From Nemertoderma westbladi (Eukaryota; Animalia; Xenacoelomorpha), in assembly GCA_032718475.1 (NCBI GenBank), contig JAUCBJ010005712.1, positions 1 to 64,000 of the forward strand: 64,000 bases of DNA. The letters run 5' to 3'. Below, piece by piece: positions 33,401 through 46,218 of the stretch (positions are counted from its first letter, which is position 1; each line of letters starts with the position of its first letter). The position numbers and the translations under genes were made by a program. The notes below the pieces were generated by a model. The model was given only the letters and a program-made list of their open reading frames with translations. It was not told the origin of the DNA and did not search any database.

Positions 33401-36400
33401 CGGCGAAAGCCAAGCTTCTCAAGGAGAGGACAGCGGGAAGGACACTGACCAATCTTACTATGTTAACAAAACCTCAAAGGACGTAAGTAAATATAAGGCT
33501 CGAACCCATGACAGGAGAGAACAGGTTGCTAAGACTCCTCCTCAGTCTCCTAACAGAATGCACGGAAGAAAGCCCGAAGAAAGAACGAGAGTGCATAATG
33601 TTACCCAAGGTAAAGTGAGTAACATCAAACCAAACTGTGCGCTGTGCGACGGGCCCCACCGTTTGAGTGCGTGTGCTGAATTCCTAAAGAAATCCCTGGT
33701 AGACAGACATGAAGTCATGTGGGATAAGCGGTTATGCTATAATTGCCTCAGACAAGGACACCAACGGCGAACCTGTTACTCCGACGTGAGGTGTGCAAAG
33801 TGCGGTGCGAAACATCACATCTTGTTACACAGTGAATTCGAACGAAACAACCCGAGTCAGGTAAGTGAGCCCGAACTACATGTCCAATTCAGTGATGTAA
33901 ATGACACTGATCAAGAATCTGAGATGGAAGGATTCTATACTGACGAATTCTCCGACGCCAACGAATCCTGTTACCTAATAAATACCGCAGTGTATCGAGC
34001 ACTTACTTACGAAAGGGACACCGACAATGAGTTCCCCCCAACTACTTTTGACAGACAACCATCTTGGAAAGCTCCAACTTCCAATGTAGGAATCAGAGAA
34101 TTTCCTGTAGTGCAGGTAAGAGTTCACGGTCCTAATAAATTGACTCCGGCAGCACAGGAACATTCATCGATCAAGAACTAGCCGAAGACATCTTTGCTGG
34201 ACAACCCAAATTCCAAACTAAGTTAAATATGTCAGGAATTATACAGGTTTGGAAATCTACCATAACGGCAGATTACTATGTAGGTGCGTTGTCCACACCC
34301 CAGGATAAATTAGGAGAACAAAGTATAAGGTCAGTAAAAATGGTGGCTATAAGGAACTTCGCTACTACCCAAGTAGAACCTTATAACTGGGACGAGGACG
34401 AGAGCATCCAACAACTTAAGATACCTCGATTCCAGACAGATTATCCTGGAGTGCAAATACTCATCGGCCAAAACGCGCATGAGGCGCTCGAGACATTGGA
34501 GAAATGGCCTGCTCAACCGCAGCCACTACAAACCTATGCGGTAAGAACTAGAGTAGGTTGGTACTTTACTGGCCCTTCCCGCAGAACTCTCGAAGAGAGA
34601 CTACCACAAGAACGAATATACCAAGTAAATGATTGGGAAGTGGAGAGCAGTGAGGTGGACGAACTAACTGAGGGAACACCATACTCCTCAGATAATGACG
34701 ACATCTACCAACTCTTCGATGAAGAGAACACAATCGACCTACTTACAGAAAACAAAATTTGGAAAAACCAGGTGAACCTATGTCAACTGATTCGCCCATC
34801 GGGACCCATTGATTACAATGACGAACTCAATGATGAGATAGAGCGCTACAACGCTAGAACTCGGGACGAACTCACCGTACGATTCTTTACTCAAGAATTG
34901 GTAGAGCCCAATTCATACGATAAGGCCCTATCGATAGAAGAAGAAAGAGCCAAGCAAATCCAGGAAACAACTACACGTTTTTTAAAAGATCAAGGTAGAT
35001 ATGAAATCGGCCTACCATTTCGAAAACGAGAACCTAGATTTATAAATAACAGACCCTTGGCAGAGAAAAGAATCACTCAATTACATCGACGCCTTACGGC
35101 AAATGCTTCAGCTAAAGAAATGTACCAAACTCAGTTGAAGAAATTTATCACACAGGGATACGCAGAGCGAGTACCGGAAGGAACACCAATAACTGAGAAA
35201 ACGTATTACTTAACACATCATTACGTTCCCAAACCCGGTAAACCCCATGAAGTACGAGTCGTATTCGATGGCTCCGCTCTATATATGGGCCAATCCCTCA
35301 ATTCCGAGTTGTTACCAGGACCCAACTTACTCCAATCCTTGTTGGGAATACTTTTAAGATTAAGACAATATTCCATCGCGTTCGCCTCCGATATAGAAGG
35401 AATGTTCTTACAAGTCAAGGCGCTGGATAGAGATAGAGACAGCCTAAGATTTCTGTGGTGGCCTGAAGGAGATCTCAACCAGAAACCGGTAGAGTACTGG
35501 ATGACTATCCAGGCTTTTGGGATCATATCAAGCCCTTCCAATGCCTGCTCCGTGGTGCGGACCACTGCGAATGACAACCGGGACACCTTCTCAAAAGAGG
35601 TGATAGATAACATCAAACGTGATATATACATGGACGACAATTTAAAGTCCCTTCCATCAGTAGAAGAAGCCATTGATGTCGCGAAAGGAACGGTAGAGTG
35701 TTTGAAAAGAGGTGGATTTCGACTGACGAAATTCACCAGCAACTCCCATGAGTTTCTGGAAGCGATACCGGTAGAAGACCGAGGAACGAAAGACCTAGAC
35801 TTAATAAAGGACAATCTTCCAGAAACCAAGACGCTTGGCTTGAAGTGGGACACAGAAAGAGATATCCTGTTTTTTCAGCTAAAACAGCAAGATAATCCAG
35901 TTCGGACCAAACGGATTTGTTTAAGTATCCTGAGCACTTATTTCGACCCATTGGGATTTATTAGCCCAGTTATATTGATTGCTCGGAGTTTAGTACAACA
36001 AATGTGGCTTGAAAACCACTCCTGGGACGATCCACTTAACGGAGAACTGTTAAAGAAGTGGATGAAATGGGAAGATTCTCTACCTGCCATCGAGAGCTTT
36101 GTAATTTCCCGTGCATATTTTGGTCATGTTCTCCCTACGTATTCCTATCAACTCCATGTGTTTGGAGACGCCAGCGATATGGGAATAGGTATAGTAGCAT
36201 ATCTGCGAGTCGAAACTCCGGATGGAATCAAAGTTGCCTTGGTTACCTCTAAGGCATTGATTAACAACAAGTTAAAGGTTCCTCGAGCGGAGTTAAAAGC
36301 GGCTTTACACGCTACAGCCATCGGCCGGAACGTAACAGAACAAATTGACTATCCACTGGAGAAAACTGTTTATTGGACCGACGCTTTACTCGTGTTGGAG

Positions 36401-38508
36401 TATATAACCAATGAAGTCTGTCAGTTCAGCGTCTTTGTTACCAACAGAGTGGCCATTATTCTTAGTCGCACAACGATAGATCAATGGAGACATTGCCCTG
36501 GTACGATTAATCCAGCCGATATCGCCTCCAGGGGAGCAACTCCACAGGAACTGATAGATACTCCAGACTGGTTGGGTGGACCCGACTTCCTGAGCAAGGA
36601 AGAGGATGAATGGCCTCCTCACCTTACTACGGCGGAGATTAGACAAGCCAAGGGAGCGGAGAAAGTCAAACCTAAAACCCGGGCGAGTAAATCGAAGTTA
36701 TTTAAACCGACGATCGATCTATCTGTATTACATACTTCCGGAAACGATGCTTCGGATCCACAATCCCTCGCCACAAATAAGTCTGTTGTGGAAATTAGAG
36801 ATAGAGATTGGAAATCTGGAATACCAGACGTCTCGCAAGGAATCTCACCCCTGCTGCAGAGAGCAATGCATCACTACAGTTCCTGGAATCGGCTCTGTAA
36901 GGCCGTCACATATTTAAGGCGATGTTTTCATCATCACTACTCCAGGACGAAGACCATTAGTGATACCGCTCCATTGACATCTGCGCAAGTTCATGTTATT
37001 AAAGATCTCCCCAATTATAAGACATCAGACCGGTTTCTAAAGGAGAAAATCAGTTACCAGGAGCATGAAGAAACCAATAAGCAGATACTGAGACTCCTGC
37101 AATGCTATGAGGATTCCGATAAGTATTTCCTGTTGTTGAGAAATCCGCAGATGCGCTTAAGGGATCGCTTCTCTAGCACAATGATGGATGGGTTAATACG
37201 TGTTGGAGGAAGGCTCACCAATGCGCCATTATCCTTTGACACTAAATTCCCCATACTCATTAGAAATCTTGAAGTACAAATCAAAATGATTGTAGATGTT
37301 CACAGTAAACTTTATCATGCTGGTAGAGAACGAGTTCTTAGCGAAATCCGAACTCGCTATTATTTTTATAAACCCCGTAGAGCTCTGAACCAAGTTCTTA
37401 GGAACTGCATACCCTGTAGAAAAGCATTCAGTAGGCCTTTAACACAGCGAGAGGCAGAATTACCTAGGGAACGAGTAAACTTCTATGACCACCCTTTACT
37501 AATACCGGTGTGGATTTATTTGGCCTTATAGTATATCGTGCTAGGACTATAGTCAAGAGATGGTGTGTCATCTTCGTATGCATGACTTGTAGAGCCATCC
37601 ATCTCGATATGGTGAACGATCTATCTACCAACAGCTTCGTCTTAAGTTTACGCCGACAGATCGCTCGCTTCGGGACTAGTAATACCATGGGATCGGATAA
37701 GGGAACGAACTTCATTGGTGCCAACAACGAAATCCAGGCTTACGTGAAGGACTGGAACCAAAGACAGGTGGACGATCAGCTAAAGATAACAGCGTCTAGC
37801 TGGACCTTCAACGCCGCCGACGCCCCTTGGTGGGGAGGAAGTTGGGAGAGATTAATTAGAAGTGTCAAGACCGCATTTCACTTTATAGTGCCGTGCCGCG
37901 CGTATCTCACCGACGAACTTTTGCGGACGTTAATGGAGGAAATCGCTGCCTATCTCAACGAGAGACCGCTTATGCCAGTCTCATCGAGTCCCGATTCCCT
38001 GGAAGCGCTAACACCCGCGCACTTCCTACTGAAGAAACCTGTAGCCATGCTCCCACGATCGGAGATTGCCGACGGAGACGAATACTGCCGTCGAACTTGG
38101 CAACTTATGCAGTTGCTATCCCGTCGTTTTGCTGACCATTTCGAGAAACATTATCTGCCCACGCTACAACTTCGAACTAAGTGGTTTGCGCAGCAAGAAA
38201 ACGTCAGCGCCGGAGACATGGTGCTCATTGTAGATTCAGACCTTCCACGTAAACGGTGGCAGACAGGTCGTATCATCGAGACTCACATCTCGGATGATGG
38301 TTTAGTGCGCTCGGTAGAACTCGTCGTCATGCGGCGTAACTTCAAGAAGCCAGGCATAATCTTCGAGACGCAACAGCTCAACCGCCCAGTTGGTCGTTTA
38401 TGTTTACTGGAAAGAGACCGAGAACTCTCCGGAAACTATGGAAGGCAAGACACTCTTCCCACGACCACCTCCCTAATTCCTCAAACATCTAGGGACTCCC
38501 TAACGTAA
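30480..38508 (+). pseudogene. Bel/Pao gag-pol polyprotein, copy 2
   Basis: Same motifs as copy 1. Stop at 32556-32558, a frameshifting deletion of about 22 nt just before the protease DSG (about 34138), and frameshift(s) at about 37490-37530. Confidence 0.96.
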
Positions 38509-40132
38509 TACGTCTGGAGTGGGTGCATGACTATATTATTTTATCTATTTTATTATATTTTTATATGCGAACATTATTATGTACTTTATTATAATCGTTT
38601 TATTTAATTTTATTTAGTAGAATGTTATTTTAGATTATTTAGTAGAGTAGTGCAATATATTAGTGTTTATTACGTAATTACACATAATATATTTAGTGTG
38701 ACGGCGAGAAATAATTCTTTTCCTCTTTCCTTACTGTCCGTATTATATTATAAATACGAGACTACAGTAAGATGACATGTCAGTACTTATTAAAGTACAA
38801 TAAAGCTCCTACTATATTTAAGTATTATTGGTAGGCAGAGTATTAGGAATGCAAAGTTCAGATCCTCGTGTCTCGGCTAAACCAAGCTCTGGGTAGACCT
38901 TGGAAACGACTTGCCTCTTCACACTGACATTGCTTCGTGCGATATTGCTCTTCTACCTTATATTAAATAATACATATAGTAGCGTGATGTCCCTCTAACA
39001 GTAGCGTAAAACGCAAATAAATCTGTTAAACCTTTTGACCATCTGTAATTCTAGTCGATTAAGATATCGCGGCACCCACCGATATACTTGAAAGACAAAT
39101 TCTAGAATCAGTGGTTAACGTCCCCAGACATGCTCTGGAATAAATCGGTGCCCATCTTAAATATTAATTTAATATTTATTAAAATCTGTAAAATTCAGAT
39201 CCTTTAAAATTTCAAGTCAATTAAGATATCGCAGCACTTACCGATACTCTTAAAAGACAATTTTATAGAATTAAGGATCCTAGGTCCCCAGACATGCTCT
39301 GGAATAAAATTGTGTCAATTTTACCATCAAATAATAAAATTCGCGGGAATAAATTTAAATTCATATCTTTAATTCTTTAATGAATTTAATAAATTGTCAT
39401 TTTATACAATTTATAACATTCCCAAAATTCCATTAATTAATAGATCACGGGAGCGGAGATTCATCCTATTGAGTGTATTAGAGTGCGAGAATCTCCAACA
39501 TATAGTCAATAGCCGATAAAAATTAATAAAATCATGCATAGAGAGGATATTGACAATTAAAGAATTACTATTAAATAGCATTCCAGATCTGTATGCATGA
39601 GAATTACCCTAATTCTACCGCTAGCTTTCCATAATGTCACCATAGCAACACCCACGCTAGAATTAGAAGCAAGTTAAAAGAACAATAGAAAGCTTGTCCC
39701 ATTGCATAGCATAGAGAATACATAGCACACTGTTAGTATCCAAGGATACATAGTAATAACGTGACATTCTGGAAGGCACTGACTAACGGACAAATGGCCT
39801 GTATGTGTACAATTGGTAACGGTTGTGTGGAATTTGTGCGTTTGTAGGTGAATGTTACTACTAAAGTGTGTTTACAGTAGCGAGTCGCAATTGTGAAAGT
39901 AGCCCTAACTCTACCGAAAGAACCTGAAGTGGATCCAAGACTTTGGGACGGACAGTGGAGTGACTTGTGCCGGTCATTGTTGTCGTGGTGTAGCTACACG
40001 TTGGCGAAAACACCGCGACGACGATACATCGGCGCTGAGAATCCCACTGTCCGGGGGCAGAGAGGGTAGGCAGCGACGCCCGTTCGCCTAAAGATAAACT
40101 CATTATAATATTAATAAACTCATATAGCAGAT

Positions 40133-41491
40133 ATGACGGAGTTGATAGAAGATGATCTTGGTATTAGAGAGCGACATACTCTACCTTTACAAGCGTTTGT
40201 GGATAGCTTGATACGCGGTGAAGCTAATCCAACTACTACGGAGGACGATGGTTGTTATATCAAACCGCCTATGTCCCAGGAGCAACTTACGCGTGAATTG
40301 GGCTATAGAAAATTCACCGCTCGCTATACGCATCGTAATGGTACGTATATAGACTTCTTAACCACTGACCATCCTATCGATTTACACGATACGGGCGATG
40401 TAGACACCGAAAGGGAAATGGGTTTATTTAAATATCATACCCAGCGGAGTCGTAACGATAAACCGAGAATGGAACACGAGAATTCTATTCGTAAATCGAC
40501 TCGAAAGAAAAGACGTTAAAGAAGCTGATAAACGCGGTAACTCCAACGTATATTTGGAATTCTTGAGAGAAGCATTGTAACACCAAATAAATATCACCCG
40601 TTTCCTCTACAAGGCGTGCGTCTTTGGTATTATTACGATGAATGCCCAAGACCCAATCAACAAACGGAAAGACATAAATACCAGCGAAGACGTTGCTTTA
40701 AACACGGTTTACTCGCTATATTCACGGAATTTTGAGCGAAACTTATTCGATGTATCACCTACGCTCTCTCGACTTGAACGCTCTTTAAGTAAACCTATGA
40801 TCAGAGTTCCGGAATACTCGATCAGACCTCCTCATTCCTTGGTTGGACCTTGGACTTTTGGTCCTAATAGTATCACGGATCCTCACGAACTGTACTCACC
40901 GTTCAGAGATCCAATGTTACCCGAACCGTTAGTCGGTGGCACTCAGGTTGTGGGCTCCCTAAATATCCGCCCATCTTACCTGGCCGGATTGGGGCACGGG
41001 CACCTGATATCGCCATTCAACCGTATAATCGGATTTTTCCCCGTTTAACACGATACAACCCGTCATCAAGGTGGAGGAGAGCGTTGTACGAAACGAGTTA
41101 GACGCTATTCTACAAAGATCAGAAAAGAAACCTACGTTTGTTCAGATAAACTTAAATTATAACAGCAAGTCCAAGCGGTAAACGGATTGGCTTTATCCCA
41201 GTTCGATTTGGAAATCCAGAATCTCTAAGACAATATTGAACTTGGACGACCCTATTCTCGGCGAGAGTTTTGGACGAAAGTATCCAACGATGAGCGAAGA
41301 AAAATCAGCTCGAGGAGAAGCATATCGAAACGGCGGATACCCCGACTATAACGCTACACCTTCTGATGCAATCATATTGCACCCTTCATCCAGGAGTTAT
41401 AACCTCCTTGTAAAGTGGCTCGCCCCAAAGAGAAAAGGACTCTGGCTAGCTTTAAAAACTGCGTAAACGCCGTCCGCGCAAGAAAGACTAA
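40133..41491 (+). pseudogene. Extra ORF region (ORF3) of copy 2, decayed, with a different central segment
   Basis: MTELIEDDLG N-terminus and GGYPDYNATPSDAIILHPS...RKKD C-terminal sequence shared with copy 1. The centre (about 40490-41330) is unrelated to copy 1 and reads largely in one frame with several TAA stops. Confidence 0.65.
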
Positions 41492-41569
41492 CTGTTTAGA
41501 GTATTTATGTATATTAGAAACTGTGATTTTGTATATTTTATAGACTTAAATCCCATTTTCTGGGAGCGG

Positions 41570-42799
41570 TGTAAAAGCTTTTGTGGGATATACCTGGCCC
41601 TTTTGCTTTGCAATCCAGTTCCCCCCAAGGCGCTGGAATACTCTAAAAAGCTCCCTAACTCGAATGATGTAAGCGACCGGCTGATTGGCTGATTTGCTGT
41701 ACGAGGGGCTCTTTGCTATGTTCTATCGGCCAACCAGAGCTATAGCAGCAGAGTATGCAACCAGGGCAACCGAGCGGAGTGACTCATGTTGTGTGCTGGC
41801 CAAGGGCTGCAAAAATCCTGATAGTTCGGCATTTAGACATTCGTGGAACCTGTGGAATCTGGTGTTCTGCCAATGAGAGCTTGTCCTCTCTGTGTAAAAG
41901 ATGCCTGCAACGGTGTTAGTGTCACTCTTACTCTTACAGTGTTACAGTGTTGTGTTGTTCCTCCTAGGCCAAGAACACCGGCTCTGGAATCATTTTGTTT
42001 CAGACTTTAGAAGAAACATTAGTAGGCTTAGATTATAGAACGTATAACTGTTATCAACTCAATCAACACAACTTAACAACTCATATCACAACTTACATAA
42101 CACCGCATTATTTTACTGCTATTTGCTGTCGGTTATTATATGTATCAGTTGATTGAATATTGTTATTTGGAGAATATCGATAAATAACCCAAAATCCCAA
42201 TCTTCTTGATACACTACAGGTTAGAGAGACCGGTTACATATAACAATTGCGACTTATATTATCGTGGTTTGTAGTGAATCTAATGCTATTTGATAGGCAC
42301 TACATGAGTCAATTGCTGTTCTCTTTATGTATGATCAAAATCATTGACGGTCGGCAGATTAGTGTGCAGTATTGTGCGGTACCGGTAGTGTGCATGATTG
42401 TGGCTGATAACTAAGCATTTCCTAAAGAATGCGCCTTATACGTGAATCATAAGCCTTACCGTTGTGTTTAGTATAAGTCATAGCTCTGTTTACATAGATA
42501 GAGCGCCACGTCCTAAAGGAACTGTTAATATTTCCCGAAAGTGAATAATATTCGTCAGAGATTATTTATTAACGATCAATCGAATAATACAGTAGGCTAC
42601 ACTGCAATAAAATCTAAGCCATCCGAATCCAGTTTCCCGGATATATCCAGCGGGTGAATGGACGCGCACTAGGCTGGCTTTGGCTAATGTTGTGTTTATT
42701 GGTATTAAATACTTGTCATATGCTAAAGTCGATTTATAAACCAAAAGACATATAAATTTTGGCCGGGTAAACTGCTAAAGGTCTTCAAAAGCGCGTACA
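41570..42799 (+). repeat. 3' LTR of copy 2
   Basis: TGT...ACA followed by the TSD GTGTT. Confidence 0.96.
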
Positions 42800-43029
42800 G
42801 TGTTAAAGTAAAAGTTGTGACACCGTTACATTTGGATAGAGTATAAAAAAGTAGGAGAGGTAATGAAATATTGTGACCTCAATAATTATATTGAATTTTG
42901 TACAGTACATGTAAACTTAGAACTCGCAACAGTGGGCGTAAGGCGGACTCCGAGTGGAAGATAATTCCAAATATTGGGCGCAGCTACAGCGAAATATCGA
43001 TACAGTAGCTCTCTAGATTAAATCGTGGG

Positions 43030-43235
43030 ATGATGGGGAGACCCTGGTCATTGGAGCGCAGTGGGCGTGGTTGATAGTGTGGATGCAAGAGATCAGTAAG
43101 ATAGGCCGGACCCATATTACTGTATTTAAGGCATACTTTACTGTATATTTCAAAAGTGCAAATTTATTATCAATACGGCGCAGAATAGGCAGCCAATGAA
43201 GATCACACAACACTGGTGTAATGTGCTCTGTTTTA
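43030..43235 (-). mobile_element. L2/CR1-group LINE ORF2 C-terminal fragment
   Basis: Minus strand reads EHITPVLCDLHWLPILRRIDNKFALL..., matching the HITPVL..LHWLP..RI motif of these LINEs. Confidence 0.7.
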
Positions 43236-43329
43236 CCGAAACGTAACTTTATTTCCGAATTACGACTCTTGCCGAACGTGATAGTTGCCGAAACGCGATG
43301 TAACCACTGCGCTGCGACGTACCTGTACA

Positions 43330-43885
43330 GTATGTAAGTGGTCGCCAGGCACCCGCAGTCTGTCTGTAACTGGTCGCCAGGCGTTAGCAGTTGCCTGTAT
43401 CTGGTAGCCAGGCGCTAGCAGTCTGCCTGTAACTGGTATCCAGACGCCCGCATTCTGTCTGTAACTGGTAGCCAGGCACCAGCAGTCTGTCTGTATCTTA
43501 TGGTAGGCAGGCGCTAGCAGTCTGCCTTATCTGGTATTCAGATGCCCGCAGTCTGTCTGTAACTGGTAGCCAGGCGCCAGCAGTCTGTCTGTATCTGGTA
43601 GCCAGGCGCTAGCAGTCTGCCTGTAACTGATATCCAGACGCCCGCAGTCTGTCTGTAACTGATAGCCAGGCGCCAGCAGTTTGTCTGTATCTGGTAGCCA
43701 GGGGCCAGCAGTCTGCCTGTAACATGGTAGCCAGGTGCCAGGATTCTGTCTGTAACTGGTTGCAAGGCGCCAGCAGTCTGCCTGTAAGTGGTAGCCAGGC
43801 CCCAGCAGTCTGCCTTTAACTGGTATCCAGACGCCCACAGTCTGTCTGTAAATGGTAGCCAGTCGGCAGCAGTCTTTCTGTGACA
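43330..43885. repeat. 32-bp minisatellite (about 17 units)
   Basis: Consensus CAGCAGTCTGTCTGTA(A/T)CTGGTAGCCAGGCGC. Confidence 0.9.
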
Positions 43886-44043
43886 GTTAATCATAAGAAT
43901 GTAATTTAAAGTGATAACTAACACACAGTGGTATCTATACTAAGGTACTAATAATTATTCTATAAAGGTCTTAATACTTGCCGCCTTTGATTGCCTTTAT
44001 GAGACGTTATTCATTGCATAAGTAATTGCCTTTGTTAAAAGTG

Positions 44044-44049
44044 TATAAA
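44044..44049 (+). promoter_or_regulatory. Candidate TATA box of the FReD gene
   Basis: TATAAA about 90 bp upstream of the signal-peptide ATG at 44136. Confidence 0.45.
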
Positions 44050-45221
44050 TAGGAGGAGTTTTAGGCATTAAAACCATTCTCTCTCAGAAAATTATCATAA
44101 CTTTAGTTACAAAGTTATTTACAAATACTGTAAAAATGTTACCCGTAAGTCTTAAACTATTTTCTCTGCTGTCAGCTCTTTTCCTACTCCAGGTAAGTTT
44201 ATATAATGCATAAAGTATTCATTTAGCGTTGTTATCTGAATTATTCATTTAATGATTTGCTCACGTGAATAAAGAAACCCTTTATTAAGGATGTTAGATT
44301 TATTCATCAAAACAAAAAAAAATGTTTTCTCACAGAATTATTCCACAAACAGAAATTGTATTTAAACGGTTAGCATCCTATAGAGAGTGACAACGCATAC
44401 ATGACTGTGGCCAACAGCTGTTTGACTGTCTCACAAACTGTCTGTTAGTTATTCAGTTCACATTTATTTTGGTTTTTGTCCGAGTATTGCAGACTGGTTT
44501 GCTATTATTATGACCTCCCCCAGTCTGATGTGTCCGGATATCAATATTGGTTGTCCAGTTGTCCTTTTTAGTTGTCTAGTTGTCCGTATAGGTTATCCCC
44601 GTCACCACCATTTGGTCTCCCCATGTCGCGTTGGATATCCGTCTGTCCACGTCTGTTTCCCTGGCCACGTCTTATTCCCATGTCGACATTTGTTGTCCCG
44701 TTGTTCCCACACCAATTGTACCCCAACTCATGTCAGTTTTCTTGTAATATTGTAATATGTGGTGGATTTTTCAACATTTTCTAACGCAATAATTTTTATT
44801 ATCCGTTTAAATCACTCATGATGTCCTTTTTTTTTACTTTTTATGTCCTCCAGAAATTTACCGTTAGGTTCCATGCTACCGGTTTCTCTACTGCTGTTGT
44901 CCCAGGCTGCTATCAGTACCGGTATTAGTATATAGAGCACTATTTTGCAGTATTATAGCTGTATTGTTTGTACAGATGTAGGTATTAAACAGGTATTTTC
45001 GGTATTTTAGTACCGGCACCGGTACTGCTGTAGGCCTACTGTGTAGCCTTACCATTAGAATACGGTATTGGTAGGGCTACCGGCTGACCGGTTGTGCTAA
45101 TAAATTTTAAATAATTGATACAGTAGGCCAAACTGGATTGTGGAAAATGTGGATATACCTTTCAGTAAAAACTACTTATACATGTTATACCCCGTTACCG
45201 TTTCCATTTGATACCGTTACC

Positions 45222-45800
45222 GTTGGTTGGAAAATCCCGCCTCTGAAACATGCTCCTTTCCCTCAATTAGTTAAGTGATCGTTTATTGTTTTGGTTAGAA
45301 AATCCCGCCTCTGTAACCTGCTCCTTTCCCTTGAATAGTTAAGTGATCGTTTATTGTTTTGGTTAGAAAATCCCGCCTCTGTAACCTGCTCCTTTCCCTC
45401 AATTAGTAAAGAGATCGTTTATTGTTTTGGTTAGGAAATCCCGCCTCTGTAACCTTCTCCTTTCTCTCAATTGGTAATGTTATCGTTTATTGTTTTGGTT
45501 AGAAAATCCCGCCTCTGTAACCTGCTCATTTCCCTCAATTAGTTAAGTGATCGTTTATTGTTTTGGTTAGAAAATCCCGCCTCTGTAACCTGCTCCTTTC
45601 CCTAAATTAGTTAAGAGATTGTTTATTGTTTTGATTAGAAAATCCCGCTTCTGTAACCTGCTCCTTTCCCTAATTTAGTAAAGTGACCGTTTATTGTTTA
45701 GGTTAGAAAGGCTAACCTGTGTAACCTGCTCCTTTCCTTAATTTGGTAAAGTGACTGTTTATTGTTTTGGTTAGAAAATCCGGCCTTAACCTGCTCCAAC
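45222..45800. repeat. 68-bp tandem repeat (about 8 units) in a FReD intron
   Basis: TTGGTTAGAAAATCCCGCCTCTGTAACCTGCTCCTTTCCC... at 45291, 45359, 45427 and onward. Confidence 0.9.
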
Positions 45801-46037
45801 CAACCTTAACCAGAAACAGTGAATTTTGAAAAAATGCGACTTATGGTCTTTTTACATTGCACGGCAGAGTTATTTATAATTTATTTATTATTACAGGCAA
45901 ATATGGACAATGTGGAGCCATTAATGTAAGTTTGTTAGTTATTTTAAATTATTATTTTAAATGTAGTTTCATGCGATTTCATAGATATTGTAAGTGGTGA
46001 CAAGTTGAGATAAATTCATAAAAGTTATAAAATAATT

Positions 46038-46218
46038 GAGTTGAGATAATGTCTGTGAGACCTCTGGTGACCAAAAAAGAAAGGGTAACAACAGTTACGA
46101 GCTTTCACCCGACAGGGCTTGATAAATGGCTTGAGAAGCCCTGTTGGGTGAAAGCTCGTAACTGTTGTTACCCTTTCTTTTTTGGTCACCAGAGGTCTCC
46201 CAGACATTATCTCAACTC
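46038..46218. mobile_element. Fold-back MITE (Sola-like termini)
   Basis: Near-perfect palindrome with about 83-bp arms and a 15-nt loop; GAG...CTC termini flanked by AATT on both sides. Confidence 0.75.

Larger units (their letters stand above)
27172..42799 (+). mobile_element. Bel/Pao LTR retrotransposon copy 2, full length (15.6 kb), defective ORFs
   Basis: LTRs at 27172-28395 and 41570-42799 (TGT...ACA) with roughly ten differences by eye; 5-bp TSD GTGTT at 27167-27171 and 42800-42804. Confidence 0.97.

Noticed and set aside
43330-45800. 32-bp and 68-bp arrays (and the 38-bp and 146-bp arrays) as CRISPR arrays
   Set aside because: The units are contiguous with no unique spacers, there are no cas genes, and the context is eukaryotic.
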